A DNA stretch of 64,000 nucleotides from an archaeon (lineage in GTDB: Archaea > Micrarchaeota > Micrarchaeia > Norongarragalinales > UBA97): positions 64,001 through 128,000 of the forward strand of contig JAGVFW010000004.1 in NCBI GenBank assembly GCA_020057405.1, written 5' to 3'. The notes under the pieces were generated by a model. It made no database searches. It was given only the letters and a program-made list of their open reading frames with translations, and was not told the origin of the DNA. The position numbers were made by a program, and so were the translations under genes. How positions within the stretch are numbered: the stretch's first letter is position 1; every line of letters begins with the position of its first letter. Shown piece after piece: positions 1-8,511 of this stretch.

Positions 1-67
1 GACAGTATTTCTATGTCACACAAAGCTTATAAACAGTTGCGTGCATAAGTCGGCCCTGCTTGAGGGC

Positions 68-358
68 TCACAAGGCCAAGCCTACTGCCGAGGCAACTCC
101 GCGCACGAAGAAAAAGTACGCAAACTCGCTTGGAAGCATTGCAGCGCCAATGAGAAAGTCGCCTCCTCCGTAGAAAAGCTTGTAGTTAATGTCAGACGGG
201 TCGCTCATGCCTCCCCCGCCAATCGTCATTATTCCGCGGGCGATTGCGAAGAGGCCCACCCAACCGGTGAAGCCCTCGGCAATGCCGCCAACAGCAACGA
301 GAGCCAGGCCTGCTATCAAGTCAGGCGCGCCGTAAAAAATGCTAGAAAAGCCAACCAT
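68..358 (-). CDS. Small hypothetical membrane protein (96 aa)
   Basis: ATG-started hydrophobic Gly-rich ORF, divergent from the 503 gene. Confidence 0.55.
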   Translation of the reverse strand: MVGFSSIFYGAPDLIAGLALVAVGGIAEGFTGWVGLFAIARGIMTIGGGGMSDPSDINYKLFYGGGDFLIGAAMLPSEFAYFFFVRGVASAVGLAL

Positions 359-502
359 AGGAAATTTCCCTCCGCCGGCATTACCCGGAATACAGGTTCA
401 ACGGGTCGAACGCAAACGCGTTCCTCTCAGCCAAGAAAGCTCCCCACAAACGCAAGTAGTTGAGTGCAATTAGCTTAAAAGATTTGCCGCGCTAAACTAG
501 TT

Positions 503-1213
503 ATGGAACTACTAAACGAAATCTGGGAAAAGAAGGCATTCATCGTAAAGGCCACGCTGGCAACCACCGCCTTCTGGCTAGTAGAGCTCGCTTTGCAGCT
601 CTATGTGGTTGGCGCCGAATCGTTCGACGCTGCAGTAATCCGCTCGCTTGCCTTTGCAGGCGCAACCCTCATTGGCGCTTCCCTCATCATCGGTCCCGTC
701 GCAGTCCTCATGCCACGCTGGAATTTCGTGCAATACCGCCGTGCAATCGGCGTGGGCGGCTTCGTACTCGCAACAGTCCACGGCCTCTTGGTTCTGACAA
801 CTTACTTTGGCGGCAGCTTGATGAATTTGCCTTGGGGAGCCGACCCGTTCAAGATGCCAATCTTCTTCGGCGTCTTCGCCTCATGGCTCCTCTACCCGCT
901 TTTCTTCACCTCAACGGACTGGGCAATGAGAAAACTAGGCAGCCACTGGAAGACAGTCCACCGCTTGGTTTACTTCGCGTTTCTGCTCATTGTGCTGCAC
1001 TTCATGGCCATCAATCCTGGCGCAATGGCGACCATACCTGGCTACGCGCTCCTCTTCGTCACCGCAGTTGCAATCCTCCTGCAGATGGCGGGTTTTTTCA
1101 AGCGCTGGCTCAAGGCCCGCACAATGATTGCGGGAGTATTCGCAGGAGCAGTCATCCTGGCGTGGCTGGCTGGCCTCTACTTGTATTACGTTGCCAACCC
1201 AATTGGCGGCTAA
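503..1213 (+). CDS. MsrQ/YedZ-like ferric reductase-type heme-binding membrane protein
   Basis: Motifs RRAIG, FFTSTDWAMRKLGSHWKTVHRLVY and conserved His residues; about 6-7 TM helices. Confidence 0.85.
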   Translation: MELLNEIWEKKAFIVKATLATTAFWLVELALQLYVVGAESFDAAVIRSLAFAGATLIGASLIIGPVAVLMPRWNFVQYRRAIGVGGFVLATVHGLLVLTTYFGGSLMNLPWGADPFKMPIFFGVFASWLLYPLFFTSTDWAMRKLGSHWKTVHRLVYFAFLLIVLHFMAINPGAMATIPGYALLFVTAVAILLQMAGFFKRWLKARTMIAGVFAGAVILAWLAGLYLYYVANPIGG

Positions 1214-1214
1214 A

Positions 1215-1958
1215 TTAGAGCACTACGCCAGCAAGGGCGCCGATTGCGTAACCCGCCAAGGCGGCAAGCATGCCGATGCCAGTCATTTCAATGCCGCTTT
1301 TGACCCAATTGCCTACAGTAATTGTGGCCTTGTAGGCACCTGCGGCGAAAAGAACTAGTGCTGAGACGCCAACTGAAACCAGCATTGCTTGCGGCAACGT
1401 GATTACCGAAAAGGGCACCAAAAGAAATGGCGTTAGGGGGACGAAGGAACCGACGGTAGCTGAAATGCCGACCACTATCCCCTCGCTTACGGGCCTTACC
1501 GAATCCGGGTCGTCAAGTTTTAGCTCTTCGGCCATCATCACTTGGAGCCACACTTTCTTGTCTGAAGTGATTTTCCTCACAACTTCCTCGAGCTGATGGC
1601 CGCGAAAGCCCTTCTTCATGTAGATGAGCCGGATTTCCTCGCGCTCGACTTCAGGCAAGTCGCGGATTTCCTGCTTTTCGTGGTCAACCATCTTGTGGTA
1701 GTAATCCTGCTCAGCGCGGGCCGAAGTGTAGGCAACAGCAGCCATTGAAATGCTTTCGGCAAACGTCGCGGCGAGACCCGCGATGATGACAATTCGAATG
1801 TCGCTCGTACCGCTTGCGACACCAAGAATGACGCCCAAGACATTAACGAGGCCATCCTGGCCACCCAGAATAACTTGGCGCAAGAGGGAACCCTGCCGGT
1901 CGCTGCCGTGGAACTCAAGCTCTGCCAATGCCGCTTTTCGGACTTGTGAACGGTTCAC
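1215..1958 (-). CDS. VIT1/CCC1 family Fe/Mn transporter
   Basis: LRQVILGGQDGLV, AESISMA, EREEI..IY..KG, MMAEEL motifs. Confidence 0.92.
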   Translation of the reverse strand: MNRSQVRKAALAELEFHGSDRQGSLLRQVILGGQDGLVNVLGVILGVASGTSDIRIVIIAGLAATFAESISMAAVAYTSARAEQDYYHKMVDHEKQEIRDLPEVEREEIRLIYMKKGFRGHQLEEVVRKITSDKKVWLQVMMAEELKLDDPDSVRPVSEGIVVGISATVGSFVPLTPFLLVPFSVITLPQAMLVSVGVSALVLFAAGAYKATITVGNWVKSGIEMTGIGMLAALAGYAIGALAGVVL

Positions 1959-1983
1959 GAAAAGCGTAACCCCAATTGCGCTT

Positions 1984-2601
1984 TTAATGCTTGCTTAGCA
2001 TCTCGTCGAACCACTGCCTTAACTTCGAGGGCGGCTTGGTTGGCGCTCCCTTGATGCTGTACTGCCCAAACAAGTAAGCCAACTTGGCTGCAGGCAGCAC
2101 GTGTTCTTCTAAAATCTCGCTAGCAGGCTGGCCTCTTGCCTTGGCCCCGATGATTCCGCGCGCCAAGTGGGACCGCAAGGCAAGAAAATGCAATAGAACA
2201 CCGCCCAAGACAAATTCATTTCGCGACTTTACTCGCTTCTCCTCGCCATCGTAGCTTGGCTTAACCAGCCTGCGCTCGACAAGCTCCCCGGCAGCCGGCT
2301 TATAATCGCGGTAGCGGCCAAGCAAATAGTAGTTCCTAAGGAAGCCATCAACCTCAATGTCGCCTGGAGAAAACATTTCCCTAGAGCCGGTCATGCCGTC
2401 AACCACGCCCAACAGCTCGCCACGCTTATACGCGCGCAATTGACGTTCAAGCAAGCTTGTCTCGCGCTTCTCGGCGCGCGAAAGCTTCTTCCCAGCGCGC
2501 ACTTCGCCAAGAAGCCGCAGAACATCTTCCTCCGGGGAAGGCCCGCGCTGGACTTTCCTGACCTTTTCGGCAACCCCGCGCCCAAAATCCCTCAAACCCA
2601 T
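1984..2601 (-). CDS. Hypothetical basic protein
   Basis: About 205-aa ORF filling the gap between VIT1 and tRNA-Asp; no recognised motif. Confidence 0.6.
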   Translation of the reverse strand: MGLRDFGRGVAEKVRKVQRGPSPEEDVLRLLGEVRAGKKLSRAEKRETSLLERQLRAYKRGELLGVVDGMTGSREMFSPGDIEVDGFLRNYYLLGRYRDYKPAAGELVERRLVKPSYDGEEKRVKSRNEFVLGGVLLHFLALRSHLARGIIGAKARGQPASEILEEHVLPAAKLAYLFGQYSIKGAPTKPPSKLRQWFDEMLSKH

Positions 2602-2671
2602 CAAACCGACTCCACAGACTAAAGAGGGCAGCGAGGGAAGAAAAAGCTTTGCGCTAAGGAAAAAAGAAGAG

Positions 2672-2787
2672 CGCCCTGGTCGGGATTCGAACCCGAGTCG
2701 ACGGCGTGACAGGCCATCATGCTAGACCGCTACATTTGGCAGATTAATCCACAACAAGAAATTGCGGAAAAAACCCTCCACCAAGGC
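2672..2787 (-). tRNA. tRNA-Asp(GUC) with 43-nt non-canonical intron (2735-2777) at position 10/11
   Basis: Acceptor GCCTTGG/CCAGGGC, anticodon arm ATGGC-CTGTCAC-GCCGT, T arm TCGGG-TTCGAAT-CCCGA; removing 2735-2777 restores the D arm; relaxed BHB at the junctions. Confidence 0.9.
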
Positions 2788-2802
2788 ACCAGACGCTAAT
2801 AC

Positions 2803-3435
2803 TTATTTGAGCCGTTCAGCTTTTCTACCTATCGCTAGGTGCGGAACGACCAATCGATTTAGCTTAACTGCCGTCGCGGAACTGACAAAAACCCACAAGT
2901 CAACGTGGTTTGGATAAGTCGAAATATAACCGTCAGGCAGGCTCATTGAAGCAAGCAAAGTTTGGACTTCCTTCAGGTGCCGCTTGTCGTTTGAAGCTAT
3001 TTTAATCAGGCGTTCGGTTCGCTTCCCGTCAGAGCTACGCCTAATCTGAACGCAACCATCGCCATCAATCAAGCCAGCCAAATAACCGCCACCCAAAACG
3101 GAATTTTCCAGTGCGGAGGTTGGAACTGCGAGTTTTCCCAATTGAACGCCAAAGCTAGTAAAAAGCAATGCGAGCTTTTCAAGAGTCTTTACCGAACCTT
3201 CCCGAATCAGATATTGCTCGAAATGCCGGTCGTATCTAGAATCGTACATTTGCTCTACCAAAATCTTGTGCTCTTTTCCCGTCAGCTCATCCAAAATACG
3301 CTTCCACTTTAGAAGCATCGGCAACGAGCAAGCGCTCACCCGCAGCCTTAGTTCTTGAAACCTGTTTTTGCGAGTGTAGACATAGCCGTCAGCGTGTAAC
3401 GCGCCAAGCCACCAAAAAAAGTCGCAGTCAAACAT
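2803..3435 (-). CDS. Free-standing double-motif LAGLIDADG homing endonuclease-like protein
   Basis: Two motifs WWLGALHADG and YLAGLIDGDG; likely ATG at 3435. Confidence 0.85.
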   Translation of the reverse strand: MFDCDFFWWLGALHADGYVYTRKNRFQELRLRVSACSLPMLLKWKRILDELTGKEHKILVEQMYDSRYDRHFEQYLIREGSVKTLEKLALLFTSFGVQLGKLAVPTSALENSVLGGGYLAGLIDGDGCVQIRRSSDGKRTERLIKIASNDKRHLKEVQTLLASMSLPDGYISTYPNHVDLWVFVSSATAVKLNRLVVPHLAIGRKAERLK

Positions 3436-3501
3436 GAAAAAAGTAGTGTTTACCAAATGCTTTTCTTTTCGGGACGGTGCCTTGCCGGCTTTCCACCCCA
3501 C

Positions 3502-3509
3502 TATAAAAG
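3502..3509. promoter_or_regulatory. Probable TATA box between divergent LAGLIDADG and DUF167 genes
   Basis: TATAAAAG about 20-27 nt before ATG 3529; reads CTTTTATA on the minus strand. Confidence 0.45.
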
Positions 3510-3528
3510 CAATCTGCCTAATTTCTTC

Positions 3529-3747
3529 ATGATTATCGAAGTTCGCGTCTCAACAAACAACCCAAAGCCGGGCGCCGAAGAGAAGGACGGCCTGCTCAAG
3601 GTGCGCGTGAAGGCAAAGCCCATTGAAGGAAAGGCAAACGCCGAAGTCATTGAACTTCTGGCAAAGCACTACGGCGTCAAGGAAAATCAAGTTACGATTG
3701 TTGCAGGCCAAACTTCAAAGAAAAAAACAATCGAAATAATGCGATAA
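3529..3747 (+). CDS. DUF167/YggU (UPF0235) family protein
   Basis: LKVRVKAKPIEGKANAEVIELLA and IVAGQTSKKKTIEI signature. Confidence 0.9.
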   Translation: MIIEVRVSTNNPKPGAEEKDGLLKVRVKAKPIEGKANAEVIELLAKHYGVKENQVTIVAGQTSKKKTIEIMR

Positions 3748-3760
3748 TCGTGCTAGCTAA

Positions 3761-4249
3761 CTATTCGCTCAAGTCAAAGTAGGCAACGCCGACAGAGTCG
3801 AACGCTTTTTTCAGGTCGGCGGTCGCCAGGCGCACGCTTTTCGTCTTTAGCCCCGCGTTGAACTCTGAAGTCTCTCGCTCAAGGACTTTGTTGTCAACGA
3901 GAATCGCAAGGTCGTTGGCAAGGCCAAAAGGAGGCACGCCGCCGGGCTCGCAGCCGGTCTGCGAAATGACTTCGTCTTGCGAGGCAAACCGCACGTCATC
4001 AGCCTGCAGAACCGCCTTTGCCTTCTTCCAGTCGAGTTTCTTGTCGGCGGGTAGGTTGAGTATGGTGAAGAACTCACGCTCCTTGCGCTTTACCTTTACT
4101 AGCAGCGACTTTACTCCATTTTCTACTTGCCCGCCCCTGGCGGCAGCCGCCTCGGCACTCGTCCGCGCCGGCTCGTGCTCGATGGCCTCAAAGCTTATGC
4201 CAAGGCTTGAGAAAGTTGAAACGACCTTATCGTACTCTGCTTGCGACAT
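3761..4249 (-). CDS. YbaK/ProX family aminoacyl-tRNA deacylase
   Basis: HEPARTSAEAA, VKSLL, TGCEPGGVPPFG, FNAG motifs; AGGTGA SD before ATG. Confidence 0.9.
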   Translation of the reverse strand: MSQAEYDKVVSTFSSLGISFEAIEHEPARTSAEAAAARGGQVENGVKSLLVKVKRKEREFFTILNLPADKKLDWKKAKAVLQADDVRFASQDEVISQTGCEPGGVPPFGLANDLAILVDNKVLERETSEFNAGLKTKSVRLATADLKKAFDSVGVAYFDLSE

Positions 4250-4268
4250 CCGGTTCACCTGATTCCTA

Positions 4269-4907
4269 TTACTTCGATTTGTTCATCGACTTTGCCAAAA
4301 GCACGGCGCCAACGGCGCCCAAAATTGGGCCAATCCAATAAACTAACTGGTTTGCCCACATTCCAGACGCCAGGGCAGGCCCAAACGCACGCGCGGGGTT
4401 AAGCGCACCGCCAGTAAGCGGGCCGCCGAAAAGGATGCCTAGAGTGATTGTCATGCCGATTGCAAGGGGCGCGAGGACGTTGTTCTTGTCGTAGACTGCT
4501 GAATTGAAGATTACGGTCACTAGGAAGAACGTGAGAATCGCCTCAATTGCTATTGCTGCTGCGAAAGAGACGCTTGGGCCAAGGGCGGGCGTGCCAAGAC
4601 CGGCAGTGCTGCCTGAATTGCCCAAGAGAAACAAGAGTGCGAAGCCAGCAGCGCTTGCCCCGAGCAATTGTGCGCCAAGGTAAGGACCGAGCTTGCCTGC
4701 ACTTAGCTTGCCGGTGACTGCGGCTGCGACTGAAACCGCGGGATTAAAGTGGCCGCCAGAAATTCTTCCGAAGGAAGTTGCCATGACGAAAATTACGAGG
4801 CCGTGGGCAAACGCTATTGCAACCAAGCCGGCGTTTATGGCAACCGAGCCGGCGCCGATGAAAATGAGTGCAAAAGTACCGATGAATTCCGCAACCAAGT
4901 CACGCAT
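4269..4907 (-). CDS. Aquaporin / MIP family channel
   Basis: AEFIGT, ISGGHFNPAVS and ALNPARAFGPA (two NPA motifs). Confidence 0.95.
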   Translation of the reverse strand: MRDLVAEFIGTFALIFIGAGSVAINAGLVAIAFAHGLVIFVMATSFGRISGGHFNPAVSVAAAVTGKLSAGKLGPYLGAQLLGASAAGFALLFLLGNSGSTAGLGTPALGPSVSFAAAIAIEAILTFFLVTVIFNSAVYDKNNVLAPLAIGMTITLGILFGGPLTGGALNPARAFGPALASGMWANQLVYWIGPILGAVGAVLLAKSMNKSK

Positions 4908-4941
4908 CACAAAACACCCCGAATTCCAAAATGAACTGAAG

Positions 4942-5067
4942 TCCCGCTGGGGTGATTTGAACACCCAACACCCTGATTTCTGGCAACGACTGGCTTGCAT
5001 TCATCCACTCATGCAAGCGCCAAAGTTGGCTACAGTCAGGTGCTCTGCCAGGTTGAGCTACAGCGGG
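4942..5067 (-). tRNA. tRNA-Tyr(GUA) with 52-nt canonical 37/38 intron (4978-5029)
   Basis: CCCGCTG/CAGCGGG acceptor, CCTGA-CTGTAG|A-TCAGG anticodon arm, intron folds as a hairpin. Confidence 0.93.
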
Positions 5068-5081
5068 GCAAACGGAAGCGC

Positions 5082-5089
5082 TTATAAAA
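5082..5089. promoter_or_regulatory. Probable bidirectional TATA box (tRNA-Tyr / 5111 gene)
   Basis: TTATAAAA in a 43-nt divergent gap, 22-29 nt before ATG 5111. Confidence 0.5.
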
Positions 5090-5110
5090 CAAGACTTCCG
5101 AATAGAGATT

Positions 5111-6655
5111 ATGTTCTCGAAAGATTTTAAACCCGTCATTTTCGCCGCCGTGCTCCTTTTTGCACTTGCAGGGCTTCCTTTCGCTCATGCGGCAAACAAC
5201 ACCAACGGCACCGGCAACAGCACTGGCAACGTGACTGCGACTCCAACACCGACGCCCACTCCCTCAATCTCACCCGTCGAAGAGGCGGCAGCCTACTACC
5301 TCGAGGGCGGGGAGAAAAAGGAAATCAAGGACTTCACCCACCAGGGCGCAAGCTACCACATGCTTATTGTTGACGGTTCTGAGTCCGTGATTTTCGACGC
5401 AAGCGCCAATCCAGTCACCGACGAGGCAAAGGTCAAGGAACTCGCCCAGACTTACGCCGACTCTCTTACCAACCCGTTCAAGCAGGAAAACCTGGACTCG
5501 CTAAAGTCATCGGCTGCGGACCTGAACAAGTCATACACCTACTGCACTCAGGCTTACACAAACTTTACCAAGGGCATCCGCAACTGCTTCCTAGTCATAG
5601 CCGGACACGTGTGGCTGTGCAACTTCGTCTACTATCAGGACCTCGGCCCCATACTCAACTTCAACTACTCGCTAGGCGGGTCGAAAAAGTCAGTGGAATC
5701 TGGCTTCGCGGCAATGAATTCATCAATGCAGGACATCAAAGACGGAGTCACCGCCCTTGACGCCGGCTTCCAGACCTTCGGCCTTATCGACACCTCGGCC
5801 CAGCTTGAAAAAATTGGCCGCGCGGGATCGAACTTCAGGGCCGGCTACCAGACGTTCCTATCGGGGCACAATAACCTGCTGACCACCTACGAGTTTGCAA
5901 GCGACGGCGGGCTGAACCGCTGCGCAATCGCCACAAGCGCAATCTCAACCATAGAGTCAAGCGGGGCAATGGCCGCAAGCGTGCCTAACCCCTCTGCAAT
6001 GACCGCAAAAATAATTGAATTCACCTCAACTCGAAGCTCTGTTGCCGCAAAAGCAAAGCGGGTGAGCGGCCTCGCGAGCAAGCTCGCCGCATTCGAGGCA
6101 AAGCTCGTGACATTCAAGGCAGGATTTACTCCAGTAAGCGGGCTTGACCCGACCTACTTCAACAACGCCGACACGACGCTAAAGTCCATGCTTGAAAAAG
6201 TCAAGACTGGAAACGACACGGACAACAGCGCAAAAGCATTTGACGAAAAAATGGCTGAAGTCGACGCCGCCATGAACCGCTCGCTTGCCCTGCTCCCGGC
6301 CTACGCCTCAAGCGATACATCCATCAACAACGCCACGATCGTAGTGGGTGACGCAGTGCGAAAATTCGGCACTACCGACCCGCGCGTCACAAGCGCCCAA
6401 ATGGAACTCCAGTCGATAAAGAAGTCGTTCGAGCTAAAGGAAGCCGACCTGAAGGCAGGCAGGCCAGTTACAAAAGCCGACTTCGAAGCAATACAATCCA
6501 ACTCAACTGCATTGAGCGGCAAGCTGACGGGCTTGGGCCGGATAGAAAACGAGCTCGACTTCGTGACAATAGGCGGCGCAATCCTCCTGCTCATCGTCCT
6601 TGGCGGCGGAATCTGGTTCCTCCGCCGCATGCGCCAACGCCAATCAGGGCTTTAA
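5111..6655 (+). CDS. Secreted, C-terminally membrane-anchored helical hypothetical glycoprotein
   Basis: Signal peptide (..PFAHA), N-x-T/S array plus TP linker, C-terminal TM followed by basic tail RRMRQRQ. Confidence 0.8.
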   Translation: MFSKDFKPVIFAAVLLFALAGLPFAHAANNTNGTGNSTGNVTATPTPTPTPSISPVEEAAAYYLEGGEKKEIKDFTHQGASYHMLIVDGSESVIFDASANPVTDEAKVKELAQTYADSLTNPFKQENLDSLKSSAADLNKSYTYCTQAYTNFTKGIRNCFLVIAGHVWLCNFVYYQDLGPILNFNYSLGGSKKSVESGFAAMNSSMQDIKDGVTALDAGFQTFGLIDTSAQLEKIGRAGSNFRAGYQTFLSGHNNLLTTYEFASDGGLNRCAIATSAISTIESSGAMAASVPNPSAMTAKIIEFTSTRSSVAAKAKRVSGLASKLAAFEAKLVTFKAGFTPVSGLDPTYFNNADTTLKSMLEKVKTGNDTDNSAKAFDEKMAEVDAAMNRSLALLPAYASSDTSINNATIVVGDAVRKFGTTDPRVTSAQMELQSIKKSFELKEADLKAGRPVTKADFEAIQSNSTALSGKLTGLGRIENELDFVTIGGAILLLIVLGGGIWFLRRMRQRQSGL

Positions 6656-7072
6656 CAAGCGCCCTGCATCCCCGATTACTTTACGGTGGTCAAAGGCAAC
6701 CTTGGCCGGCAGTCGATTAAGCGGAAAGAACTTGACTTCGCTAGTCTCGTCGCTCGTGCGCGCAGTGCCGCCGATGATGCTGACGATGAACGCCACCGCC
6801 ACAGTCTGGCGGTTGTCCCGCTTGGGCTCGCTGTAAACGCCCACAAACTTCTTGATGCGGCCCCGAAAGCCCGTCTCTTCGTAAAGCTCGCGCAGGGCCG
6901 CGGCCTCGCACGTCTCGCCAAGCTGCATGATGCCACCCGGAAGGCACCACCAGCCGGCGAACTTCTCGTGCGGCCCGTCACGCCGCTTCACCATAAGCAC
7001 TTTTCCGTCCCTTATCACCACGGGATCGCAGGCCACTACCCTCGCCAGCTTGAACACACCATGAAAGTCCAT
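6644..7072 (-). CDS. NUDIX hydrolase (ADP-ribose pyrophosphatase-like)
   Basis: Nudix box GGIMQLGETCEAAALRELYEETG; AFDH motif. Confidence 0.92.
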   Translation of the reverse strand: MDFHGVFKLARVVACDPVVIRDGKVLMVKRRDGPHEKFAGWWCLPGGIMQLGETCEAAALRELYEETGFRGRIKKFVGVYSEPKRDNRQTVAVAFIVSIIGGTARTSDETSEVKFFPLNRLPAKVAFDHRKVIGDAGRLLKP

Positions 7073-7155
7073 GGAAATAAAACGCGGGCACGGCTAATAA
7101 GATTTGGTGAACGCGAAGAAACCGTTTGGTGAAACTCTGAAAAACGCGAACCCGC

Positions 7156-7286
7156 TTTTTGATGAAACTTTTTGCTTTCCGACCGGGCAAAGCCTTCGGC
7201 TTTGCTGGTCCTGCAAACGCGTAGCGTTTGCCCGGAGCACCGAGCCGCTCCGAGCGGGAGGCGCGCAGGAAAGCGAAAAAGTTTCA
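7156..7286. repeat. Dispersed palindromic element copy 1 (REP/MITE-like)
   Basis: Inverted arms TGAAACTTTTTGCTTTCC (7163-7180) / GGAAAGCGAAAAAGTTTCA (7268-7286) enclosing several hairpins; similar to elements at 38891 and 42407. Confidence 0.7.
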
Positions 7287-7287
7287 G

Positions 7288-7360
7288 TGGGGGGTCCGCG
7301 ATTTGAACGCGGATCACCAGCTCCCAAAGCTGGTAGGATGCCAGGTTACCCCAACCCCCC
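7288..7360 (-). tRNA. tRNA-Pro(UGG)
   Basis: GGGGGGT/ACCCCCC acceptor; CCAGC-TTTGGGA-GCTGG anticodon arm. Confidence 0.95.
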
Positions 7361-7463
7361 GCAAAAGGATTATGCACAAAGCCGGTTATTAGCGTTCGGC
7401 CATGTGCTTCGCTAAGAATGTGAAAAAACCCGAATGGGCCCGCAGAGGCCCCCCTTTCCGGGT

Positions 7464-7700
7464 TTACTCTTTTGGCGCGCTGCCGGACTTCACAGTGCGG
7501 CTTGCAGTCGCACCGATTGTAGTCTGTGGCGAGTAAGCGCCGCCGGCGAACTTAACGCCGCAGGCACGGCATTTCCAAATGCCTGCGCCTTCGCGCTTGA
7601 CGGCCTTCTTGCCGCACTTGGTGCAGGCGTGGCGTCCGCGTGAAAGGGCGGTTACTGCGCTCTCGCGCTCACGAATCTTTTTTCCGTACCGTGAAACCAT
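7464..7700 (-). CDS. rpl37ae: 50S ribosomal protein eL43 (L37Ae)
   Basis: SRYGKKIR, CTKC...GIWKCRAC, FAGGAYSP zinc ribbon. Confidence 0.95.
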   Translation of the reverse strand: MVSRYGKKIRERESAVTALSRGRHACTKCGKKAVKREGAGIWKCRACGVKFAGGAYSPQTTIGATASRTVKSGSAPKE

Positions 7701-7714
7701 TCAAACCCAACCCC

Positions 7715-8491
7715 CTATACGTATCTCAAGAGTTCCTTGCCCTTATTTAGCGCAATGTCGGCAAGCTCCACGAGCTTCTCGCGCTTTAGTCCAAGCGAGC
7801 CGCTCTTTTGGCCCGCGCAGATGAAGCCGTCGCTGCTCGTGGAAATGGTGACCATGCCCTCGCTTGCGACTTCCTCCTCGTTAGTAGCGTCAATGAGCGG
7901 AACGCCGTTGACGAAGGTAAAGGTCGTCGGCATCGCCATTCGGGCGAGCTTGAGGTTGCCGCTTGACTCGCTGCGCACAAGCAAGTTGTTCTCCATCTTG
8001 GGAACGCGCGTGGTCGACAGGGCCGCCATGGCAGCCAATCCGGCGGCGTCAGTCAAGTCGCCGTTGTGGTCAAGCACGTACAAGTCGATGTAAACGCCGA
8101 GGACTTTGCCCTCGATGCCCGTCTCCGAAAGGCCCTTGATGTCGACTACGTCGGCGCTTCGGATGCCCCGGTCAATTACACGGGCAAGCTCGATGCTCTT
8201 CTCATTTGGCGGGCCGGCTTCAAACTCTGGGTGCGCCATCGGGGAAAACTCGGAGTTGAAAATGACTACGCCCTCGTTGGGCCGGTCGGCAAAAGGCGTC
8301 ATCAAGTCAAGCTTGACCCCAGCGAGCACTTTGGTGTCGCCAATGTGCGCAAGCGCGCTGCCTTCGGCGTTCGGGATGATGCCCGTCTGCACGCTAATCG
8401 GCCGGTAGTCAAGCATGCCTCGGTTGTCCGCACGCTTGCCGTTCTTGATGAGATCCTTGATGTAATCTTGTTTTACTTCGTCTACGATCAT
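7715..8491 (-). CDS. rrp42: Exosome complex component Rrp42
   Basis: RNase PH fold; GPPNEKSIELARVIDRGIRS; operon context. Confidence 0.95.
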   Translation of the reverse strand: MIVDEVKQDYIKDLIKNGKRADNRGMLDYRPISVQTGIIPNAEGSALAHIGDTKVLAGVKLDLMTPFADRPNEGVVIFNSEFSPMAHPEFEAGPPNEKSIELARVIDRGIRSADVVDIKGLSETGIEGKVLGVYIDLYVLDHNGDLTDAAGLAAMAALSTTRVPKMENNLLVRSESSGNLKLARMAMPTTFTFVNGVPLIDATNEEEVASEGMVTISTSSDGFICAGQKSGSLGLKREKLVELADIALNKGKELLRYV

Positions 8492-8511
8492 CTTGTCTTC
8501 AACTCCTACCC

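Noticed and set aside
2803-3435. Intein or rRNA-intron origin of the LAGLIDADG ORF
   Set aside because: No splicing-domain motifs (N-terminal Cys/Ser block, C-terminal HN), host protein or rRNA flanks.
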